From assembly GCA_905178155.1 (NCBI GenBank), contig CAJINV010000008.1, forward strand, positions 3,621,420 to 3,685,419: 64,000 nt of DNA. Reading direction: 5' to 3'. The notes beneath the pieces are model-generated. The model was not told where the DNA came from, searched no databases, and saw only the letters and a list, made by a program, of their open reading frames with translations. Source of the DNA: Amoebophrya sp. A120 (taxonomy: Eukaryota; Protista; Dinoflagellata). Of the stretch, positions 46,406 through 56,500 are shown piece after piece. Each line of letters opens with the position of its first letter. The stretch's first letter is position 1. A program made the position numbers and the translations under genes.

Positions 46406-49073
46406 ATGGCGAGTCCTTCGGGTACCGGTGGTGGCACTGGTACCCCCAGTAGCACTTCCTCTTCCGCCAACGGCGCGAAATCCAAGATGGCGTTAAAACA
46501 GGGGCGGGAGCAGGAGCAGAACCAGAGCGACCGTCCAGAACCCCCGCCGTCCTCGGCATCCTCCTCCACAGCCTCCACGCCGAGCAGGAGCAAAGAGACC
46601 TCGGGCGTCAAATCTTCGTGGTGCCCCCCGCGGTTCAGCTCGGTGTCCGACAATGAGGTGGAGGGCAACATCTACATGCACAACCCAAAGGCCCTGCCAA
46701 TACGGATGATCAACTGGTACCAGGTGTTTCAGACGCACTATTTGTCCCACATCTACATCGCGGTCATCGCGTTTCTCATCTACTTCGCGCCCAATGAGCT
46801 CTTCTTCGTCAGCGAGCTGGGGTACAAAGCCGTGGAAACCTTTGGATGGGTATAAAATAAATAGAAATCTTCAAAATTTGGTTTCAGATAGTCAACATCT
46901 GGATTTTTTTTCCCACTCGGATTCTCAATGTAGTTCGTTGTGATTTAGAATTTTCCATGAATGTAGTAATGATGCGCAACAGAAGATCATGCAGATGCAC
47001 CAAAGAAGTATGTTGGTGCTCTCGCGAACCAACGATTGTGCACTCTCGTGGGTTGTCAAACGGCCACTTTTTCTGTACTCAATTGATCTTTAGTACATTC
47101 ATGAATGTAAATGTTGCTGTCAAAATAAAAATCCACAGTCCCGCGTCGTTTTGGTCGTCCTGCTGCCCTTGATCCTCTACCGTTCTTCTTCGTGGGGCCC
47201 ACATTGGCGCAGCAGTGTCTATTTGATCGACTTCGAGTGTGCGGCACCCCCCGAGGATTGGCGCATGACGGTGGAGCAGACGAAGAAGATGCTGGAGAAC
47301 CAGAGAAGTTTTACAGACGAGTCAAAAGAGTTCCAGCACCGGATTCTGAATACCTCCGGTATCGGCGACGGTACCGCCTGGCCGCCCTGCATCTTGAATT
47401 CCCTCGGCGGGAAATCTGTCGCGACGAGCCGCAGCGACAGTAAAACTTCCGCCTCCTCCGGTGGGTCACTGTACGAGTACGCGAGTACGATGCAAGACGC
47501 GAGGGATGAAACCGAGACCATCGTGTTCGACATGGTGGAACGACTCCTCGCGAGGACAAAAACAAAAGCGAAAAACATCGACTTTCTCGTCGTCAATTGC
47601 TCGCTCTTCTGCCCGACACCGTCGATCTGCGCCATGATTGCGAACAAGTTCAAAATGAAGGAGGACATCAACAGCTTCAATCTGGGCGGCATGGGCTGCT
47701 CCGCCGGGGTCATCAGCATCGACTTGGCGAAGCAGCTGATACAAAACAAACCTGGGGCAACGGCGCTGGTGGTCAGCACCGAAAACCTGTCACAGAATCT
47801 GTACGTTGATATAGATCTACACGTCTTGTTTGACTACTAGTATACTTATGTTCTTGTTCAACAACACAGAGGGTCAAGTTCAAGATCCAGCTCCATGATG
47901 ACTGTTCTTTTTCAGTTGTCACTCTCACTTTCACCAGGACATTGCCGCAAACCTAATATCATGATACAACTCATCAAAGGCAAAACAATAAAAAAAAACA
48001 GTTACACGGGTAACGATCGTTCGATGATGATGCAGAACACGCTTTTCCGTTGCGGTGGCGCCGCGGTTCTGCTTTCGAGCAACAGCTACAACTACAACAC
48101 GAAGCGATTTGCAAAGTACAAACTCCTTCACAGCGGCCGCACCTTCATGACGGACGACGAAAGTTTCAAATGTGTCTACCAGGAGGAAGACAATCTGCCG
48201 AGTAAAGTTGCAAGCTGTATTGCTAGTACAACAAGAACAGAAGGTGAAGGAACAAAAGCAGAAATATCCAAAGCACAGTCAGCGACAAATAACAATATAA
48301 AACCCGCAGCCGCGGCGCCGTCAGGGGATCTGAAGGGCGTCCGTCTGCAGCGAAACATCGTGACCGTCGCTGGGCGCGCACTGACGAAGCAATTCACGCA
48401 GCTCGGCCCGAACATCTTGCCGGTCAGCGAGCAGGCGAAGACGATCGGCACCATGGTCGCGGACTACCTGTGCAAGAATTTTTTGCACATTTTGTCCCCC
48501 AAACACTTCCCGCCGCGGGTAAAGATCTACACGCCGAACTTCAAGAAGTGCATCGACCACTTTTGCATCCACGCGGGCGGCCGGGCGGTCATCGAGGGCG
48601 TGCAGAAGAACCTGAAGCTAACGGATCGGGACGTCGAGCCGTCCTTCATGACGCTGAAGAAGTGGGGCAACACGAGCAGCTATCAAATGTAAAAATGTCT
48701 GGGTCTGGAAGAATGCGCGATTTGTCATGCAGCTTTTCCATGACCCATGAAGCCTGGAATGCAGGATCTAGCATGACAGATTCTGCGCGATCTCTCTCAT
48801 GCCTATCCTGCATGACAAACTCCCTCCCGACTTGGCCAAAACTGGACCACATTTGGTAATCATGCAGCACAGATTTTTGCATGCTTCAGATTTAGCATGA
48901 CAAGTTGCATTCTTCCAGACCCAGACATTTTTACATTTGATAGCAGCTCCTCCATCTGGTACGAGCTGCAGTTCATCGAGGACTCGAAGCGCATAAAACA
49001 CGGCCACCAGGTTCTGCAGATCGCCTTCGGCTCCGGGTTCAAGTGCAACTCCGCGGTCTGGCTCAGACTGTAG
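46406..49073 (+). CDS. KCS: 3-ketoacyl-CoA synthase (FAE1/KCS-type fatty acid elongase condensing enzyme); exons 46406-46849, 47139-47800, 48002-48680, 48948-49073
   Basis: [22 protein letters not shown] (catalytic Cys), [53 protein letters not shown]. Confidence 0.95.
48681..48942. mobile_element. Introner, family A, youngest-looking copy; DR GCAGC/GCAGC
   Basis: Perfect 36-bp TIR TATCAAATGTAAAAATGTCTGGGTCTGGAAGAATGC. Interrupts the conserved GNTSS|SSIWYEL motif. Confidence 0.97.
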
Positions 49074-50581
49074 TGGGTCGCTCGTCTGTACGAAAAATAA
49101 CCTCGAGTCGTTGCTGGAACAGGTAGTACCAGTTTCTTGGCTATACGAGGTAGCTGCCTTATTTCATCATTGAAATTTTGTTTTTTCTTTTCAGGACGAG
49201 ATAGTGGACAACGAATCTCCTCGCTGCTAAAGTACAAAGGCCATGATTCGTGAAGTGTAATCAAAGGACAATTGTGTGACACGTAGTGGTAAAAAAATCA
49301 CTCGGACTAGTTGGTCGCTTGGCGTCGAAGAACATCATCCTGATCCTTTTGTCCGAGCATGATAGATAACTGTAACTGAATGTTGTGCAGAAGCAGAGTA
49401 TATTAATGCATTCGAAGTCACACTGGTAGTACTGTTACTATAGAAGACAAAAGCATCTCGCTTTGCCAACTAGCAGTGCACAGTGAAACAAACAAGTGTG
49501 ATGATCTTTTTTTGCGAAACCAAAACGGAATGATAGCGCAGACCGCACAACTTCTTCTCGTGATAACTATAAACCTTTTTTTGCCGGAAACAATACAGTC
49601 AAAAGCACCAAAGCCAACTACAACAGTATTTCCATACTTGACTCTACGACGAAACAAATTATGCCGAGCCTTAGAAACCAAAGCAGCTTTTTTGAGCGCA
49701 AAGGAATGAAGCGAGTCTACCACCCGCCATGATGAAAGCTTCATATCCAGTACATTTTTTTCTTGCCTTTGATTTCGCGTTAGCGCGTGACTGACGACTT
49801 CTAGACACAACTTCGTTCCCGCCACAACCCCGATACTGATTGGAACCAAAGGACATCTCCCCCCTGCCCCTTTTGAAACGCCTACGTTCTTTCCATGCCC
49901 CCCCCCTGCCCTGCGCATTGAATGAACAACTTTGGCTTCTTTTGAAGAGTCGCAAAGAACTCTGTTTTAACATCGCAAAATGTGGAAGTAGCGCCGTAAA
50001 TCATTGATGACCTCTAATCCTAATGGAATGCGGTACCACCAGATTTGCTGCAGCGCGCTTATGCGTGGTCGCCGTAAGGAGAGTTTTGATGAGTTCGAGA
50101 AGTTCTTCGAAAATCCAAATCGCGTCGACTGGCGATGGCTTGTTGGCAGGGTTACAGTTCTTGGGATCGTGATGAATTGTCGAGAGACTTCTTGAAACTT
50201 ACGATAACATTCGCGTTGCAAGAGAATCATCAAGAGCAAGGACTTACGACTGCGAGGCTACAAAATTTATATATGAATCTCAGCGTTCGACGTCGGCGGC
50301 CGGCTTTCGTTCTTCCTTACTTTCTCGTCTCCAGGATGTATAATTAATGAACCAACAAAAATCGATCCTCACACAATTTAGCTTTTCCGCCACTATACGA
50401 TAGTCTCGTGACTCTGACTGCGAGCTTGTGTGCAGATGAGGTAAGTAGTCCTCTTGGAGGCCTCTTCGAGGCAGGTTTAGAGATCAGTGAGGTGGAACAG
50501 AATCAGCATCGAGTAGGATTGTGAATTATCAGAAGCAGTAGCACCGAAAGCCTCCACGTCCTCCTTGAAGAACAAAGCGTG

Positions 50582-53500
50582 ATGATGCCGGGCTCCTTGT
50601 TTTCTACTCAAGTGCAGGAGCACCAGAAGCTGCTGTCCGCGTTATCGAGGCTGTCGAAGAATAATCCGCCTAGCGAAGATCATGCGCTACTCGAGGCACT
50701 AGATGCACTCGCAGAAGTCGCGAAGAGCTGGGACCGGGTTGTAGCCACGCACAAATCTTCATCTTCTGCCTCTACCACGTCGAGAGAGCAGCGCGATGTT
50801 GGAAATAAAATCAGCTCGAGCCACAAAACGAAGAGCAAACTCGCGCAGCTGTGGTACTCTACGGTTAGTGCCGTGCTCGCGATGAACACAACAAGTGGAG
50901 ATCAGCAGAGCACTGCTTCGTCCAGCGCAGCAGGGTCGGCAACGTCTTCGTCTTCATCTCATTGCAATAAAGCTTTTTCCGCCACCAGGACTAGTACACT
51001 GTCACCTGTTACAAAAACACGACAGCACGTTGCTCAGTGTTGCTGGCGCATCTGGCGAGCAACGACATTTCTCGACTTTCGCGAGGCGACGAGCGCAGGT
51101 TGTTCCTTTGGCGAACTCCAGCTGGTTGCGGCCTGCAAGATTCTGAACGCAACTGCAAATCATGGAAGTGACGTATTTTTGAGGAGCCATCATTTTCCTG
51201 ATGAGGCCGCTGATCATGCTCTGGACGAAGGTGGTGCAGCGAGCAAGGCTGATGGGGTAGGCGTTCCTCGACATGAAGCGCAGATCGCTTCGAAATTGCT
51301 TGATCTCGTCCGGTCCTTTGTGGACGGCGGAATGAACGCCGCACAAGCGCCGGATGTGCAGACCGGTAGTACCAAAGCGCCGTCCTCCCTGATGAAATTA
51401 CCAGCATTGTGGTCTTCGCTGTTTCGCCTTGCGAGAAATCTGGCGTGCAACGCCGCACCGGCCGTTGGTGAGGAGATGGAGGACACGACAAGGCAGAGCG
51501 CTTCAGCTAGTTCGTGGTCTTCATCACAGCGAGCGTGCGCGCAGCAGAGTCATACGGTTGCGGACGGTCCTGATTCATCTAGGTCTCTACGGATGGAACA
51601 AGATCTCCTCGACGTTTTCCACGCTTGCTGTCTCGCTGTTTACGACTCAGCTTCCTGCGAGAAAACCGTCACGGCACTCGTTTCGTCCATCGGTAGTAAT
51701 ATTGCGATCGAACCCGGACGAGTTCTGAAAGAGGAACTTGCCACGCGGTTGCTCCTTTCGCTCACGTCAAATTGCAAGCCTGCCGTGTTGCACCACCGAC
51801 TCTGCATGTGCCTCGCACTGCCTCCGGCGCAAGCGTTGCGTGCGCACCAAAGACCGCACGGCTTCCGTGAACATGGCGGAATGAATGAAGCTTCCTCGAA
51901 GGTACTACGACTGAGCGCTTGGGACCTGCTGCTGTTGCACGAAGCTTCTTCATGCGCACAAATGTTCGAAACAGGTACGGGTACTCATAGTACCTCCACC
52001 TCGGCTGCTGGTTTGTGGGCCAGACGAGAAGTAGGGCAGCTAACTGCAGAAGCCGACGGGAAAACTGCACCGACCGTGCTCCACACAGCTGTGCGAACCA
52101 CCTGTGAACAGACTACCATAACTCCCGAATTGCTGCATTGGTTCGTTCTTCACCGACTCGACCAGGTGCCCACTCGCAAAGTCTGTTTACTGCTCGAGTT
52201 CGCCGACCGCCTGGAAGTACGAGAGACAGAGGACTCTATGGTCGACTCGAATTCTCAGCAGAAAGAAAGCAACGGGACATCACGAACATCAAGTGTAACA
52301 ACTTCTATCGGCGTTGCGAAATCTCACTTTCTGGCGTCCATTGTCGAAAAGGTTTTGGCTGCACAGCGTGATCCACACCAAACCGAACTAAGAAGTGGCG
52401 CTGGCGGGGGAGATGTTGATGTTCGGGTTGATCACGGAGAAGTAAATGTAGGCGAAGGCTGCACCGACGAGCTGCTGCGGCTCTCGGTCGAGAAGTTTTG
52501 CCAACAAACACCAACCTCCCTCATTTCGCAGCAGCACTGGTGCCGCGTGTTGCACGCGGTGCGACGGAAAGTGCAAAGTGCCACGACCTGTGCAGCAAGC
52601 ACGGGCGGTGGAGCAGTTGTTGCGTCGGCTGCCGTCGCGAGAACCCCTTTGCGTGGCTGCTCGTCGCCGTCAAAGCCAGGTGTTTTTAAAAATGGGACAT
52701 CTTCAACATCTTCAGGCGGCGACCATCTTCTACCTGCTCCCGTTGCGTCGATGTTGCTGTCTACTCTAGAGAATTACGCGGAGCGAATCGACCAAATCAT
52801 CCCGAATGTCTTCGAGATGAAATCTACGTCATTGCCGGAAGCCGTCGCGTGTGCGTATTTGGCAGTTGTTACGAAAGGTGTGCTTGTGTGCTCGCACGTG
52901 GCGGGAACGAACTCGAACGCACCAGCAGAGGTCCTCGCGCTCAACAGCAATGAAGAAGCGGCCGACAGAAGAACCTCCTCGTCGGAGATACAACAGGAGT
53001 GTCCTCGGAGGGGACGAGCACAAGCATCAAACACTCCAACTGTTGATGAAAACGGTCTACTTGGAGCTCACGTTCACGCCATCGAAGTGATCGCCGCGAA
53101 ATACTGCGAGTCCGCCTACGCCCGAAACGACGAGTCCCGCGGCGTTTCCCTCGGGCGGGCGCTAGCGTTCTGGAAGATTTGCAATACTGATACGTCGACG
53201 GGACAACTCAATCCGTCCCTAATATCGTTGACGTCATCCGACGAGAGTTGTCGCCCACAACAAGAGTTTTCCTTTCCTCCTCTCTACCTGGTCCTTCGTG
53301 CGCACGCAGCGCTGAGCATCTTCGCGGGAGTCGATTTGGATCCGGAGAGGGCGAAAAGCGCGGAAAGCCTGGCTTTCAGGCATTGTCAGGAGGCTTTCGA
53401 GGGTTTTTTGACGAGAACGGGAACACCTGGAGTTTCTGCGCACGGCTTGGAAAATGATGGTGCAGAAGATGAGGACCAGACAAAGATGCGACCGCATCAA

Positions 53501-56500
53501 GAAGCGGAAGCGGTTTTGCAGCTGGTCGTAACTGTACTTGCCTTCCGCTGGGAGGACGAAGATGCAGATGTTCCTACTGGCGCTGAAAAAGCGAAAGGGG
53601 ACGAAGACACCGCCGCTCCAGGGGGAGCAGAAGCGGTTGCGAGTAGCACAAAAATTGCCACAGAGGACTGCAGGTCTTCTAATACGCGTAGGAGGAGCGG
53701 CATGTTGCAATTGTGTACGGAAGTTGCACAAGAGATTCTCAGAAGTACAACTTCACGCGAAGAGGAGAAGTCATCTGCGTTTTCAAGGGCAGAAGTAGGA
53801 GAAACGTCGAACTGCATCAAACCCCAGAAAATGAAGACCTTACCTCCGCGCGCTGCTGCGGCCATGCTTCTTGCGCGCCTCGGCGTTCAATGTTCCAGCC
53901 TCTGGGAAGATGTTTTCGCTTTGTTCGGGCTACCGTCGTGGGAAGCTGTGCGTCAAACGTTGGAAGAGCTGGAGGGGCAACTGCAGTGCATGCAAGGAAC
54001 ACATTCGAGCTCAAAGAACATATGTGACGAGGCCCCGGCGCATGTTGTCCAAATAGAGATGCGCAGTTTTGCACAAGACCTGGTCGCTGGTGGAAAGCTC
54101 GATCTGGCTGCAGTGGCGCTTTTGTCGGCACTCGTCTCGTCGGATAATCAAACGCAGACGTCGCTAACAAATGGGGGCGCAGTAGTTGCGTCTACTAGTA
54201 CGCTGTTGGAGGCCCTGCAAACCCTTGTAGAATTTGGTCGGCATAATTCACGGCAGGAGGTCTCCACCGAGCTGATTGTTGAAGATGCTAGGCGTGTTGG
54301 CCGAATCGATATGCTGCCAGCTCCCTGCTCCGCGAGTAGCAGTGGGAAGTGCAAGACGAGACGTGCAGTGATCGAGAAGGCGAAGTCGCTACTGCCTAAA
54401 GCCGTGGAGCATTTCTCAGTGGATCAACAGGCGTGTGCGTTGGGGGCTCCTCCTACCGGTTTCGACGCGGACACTTTCGAAAATGGTTTATCGCTTTTCC
54501 GCACTCTTGTGGCAGTATTGATTCTGGAGCACGATGACGATGGGGGACACAGGTGCGAACGCGGCGGGCAGCCCCAGTCTTCAAGTGCAAATCCGCTCAC
54601 TAGTACTAGTGCCCTGAACCAACACTCGTGTTACCAAAAGCTTAGTAATTTGTGGGAGGAGAGAGCTACAGAAGCACAAAGCGAGGCGCAACTATCTCAC
54701 ACGATCCTCGCTTTTTACCTTCACGAATTAGCGAAGCTTGCTACAGAGACTTGCTCTTTTGCCGCCGGGCTTGCGCTCAACTTGCAAGCCATGCAGGAGT
54801 TCGCGCAAGCAGTGCCTGAAATGGAGGAGAAGGTTGGAAGCGAATCGATCCGAGACGCGTTGTCTGCCAAGGTGTCCACTTTCCATTCACGACTCTCCAA
54901 GCGCTTCTCGCTCCTCGGCTGTGAGCTGCACTTTAGCATTGCATCCGGGTACGAAAAAGCGGGGCTAGGGAAGTGGGCTGAACACTGGCATGAGGCGGGG
55001 AAGAAATTTGCTGACTCGGGCGACAAAGTCTTGCTTGGGCAGTGGCAGAAGCGGTTTCAGGCTGCGTGTGTCGGGCCGCGTGCGCCGGATGTTAGCGCGG
55101 ACTTCTTAGCTGCCGCTGGTCAACAGCACACCTCGGTACCGGTGGGGCACGAAGACAGACCGGCTGCTGACATTTTTCCAGTACAATTGGGATTGACGCC
55201 AAAAGGACCTGCACTGAGACTGACAGAAGCGTCAGCGGAGAAAATTCTCTGCACTTTGCAGACTGTGTCCTCTGAGATCAAGAGGGTGAAGCTGGGATGC
55301 CGGGTGGGACGACGGTCATTCCCGTTCTTGCGGGGTGATTATTTGTCGGAAAATAGTGAGCAAGAGCACCAGAACGAGATTCCGCAGCGACTGACGCGGC
55401 TCGCGTATGAATTTCTCTCCGCGGTAGACTTGCTGAGCCTATCTGGAATCCGAACCGCGGCAATCTCCCTGACGCATTTCTTACACGATGTCATGGAGGA
55501 GACTGATTCTACTACGTCGGCGCATCTGGAACAACACCAAGAAAAAATTCGTACACCAGCACGGGAACCGCGCGTCCGTGCGCAGTGCCAACTAATCATC
55601 CAGTCCTTAGCACCTTTTTGCGCCTCCTCCCTCGGGTCAAGCATTTTGTTCGATGTGCGACGGCTGCAGCGGGTGCTCGCGGCGTCTTCTGCCGCGCGAC
55701 GCGTACCGTCTTGGGACAAAGTGATAGACAGATGGTTTCTGAATCCGAACCCCAAGAAGTCCCATGCCGATGGAGCAGTAGATGAAGCGTCGTGTCTTGA
55801 GCACGCGGAAGTGTACGTGCACCTAGCGAAGTTTGACGCCGGTCGTGCTGGCAAAGATCATTCCGGAGAAAAGCTGCCCGCCCAAGAGTTTCTGTACCTG
55901 ACACGACGCCAAGTTCTTGCGCAATGCGCCGAAGGGAGTGGCGGTTCCGCTGGCAATGTTGCTGAGCAGAATCATGTTTCTGCAGCTGCACCTGCAAGTG
56001 GAACAAGCAGCAAGACGCTTGGCGTTTGCCACCGCATTCCGATAGCCCAAGAAGACTCGCTAATCGAAAAAATCGACCAATTGCAGACTTTGTTGGAGCA
56101 AAATCGCAAGTCTGTGAAGGACCTGCAGAAGAAGATAGAGGACGAGGACATCTTTGGGGACGTCGCAATTGAAGACACACATGCGAAAGAGCGGAAGGAG
56201 ATTGAAGCCGAGTTCTGGCGCGACCGACGGGAATTCGACGAAAAATTGAAAAACTGGCTCCAAAGTTTCGAAGCCGTCGTGTCGAGCGAGGTTCTGGAAA
56301 GCGTGTTTGGCAAGCACGAAAGGACAGATCAAGAGCGAAAGACAGAAGAAAAGGCGACGTGCAGAATCGTACCTAGTCCAACGGTCTTCCTGTACCTGGA
56401 CCCGAACCTCGCGAATGTGCCATTCGAGCATCTTCCGACGCTGCGTGGCCGCCGAATCTCAAGGGCGCTCGCACCGAACATCCTGGTTGCCGCTATGGAG

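Noticed and set aside
763-48942. Assignment of the introners to a named DNA-transposon superfamily
   Set aside because: TAT...ATA ends with a 5-bp TSD match no superfamily I can name confidently, and no transposase is present in the window.
7940-49073. Frameshifts and stops read as pseudogenes or stop-codon reassignment
   Set aside because: Every break coincides with a TIR/DR element or a GT-AG intron. Spliced exons are stop-free in the standard code, and TAA, TAG and TGA all terminate genes.
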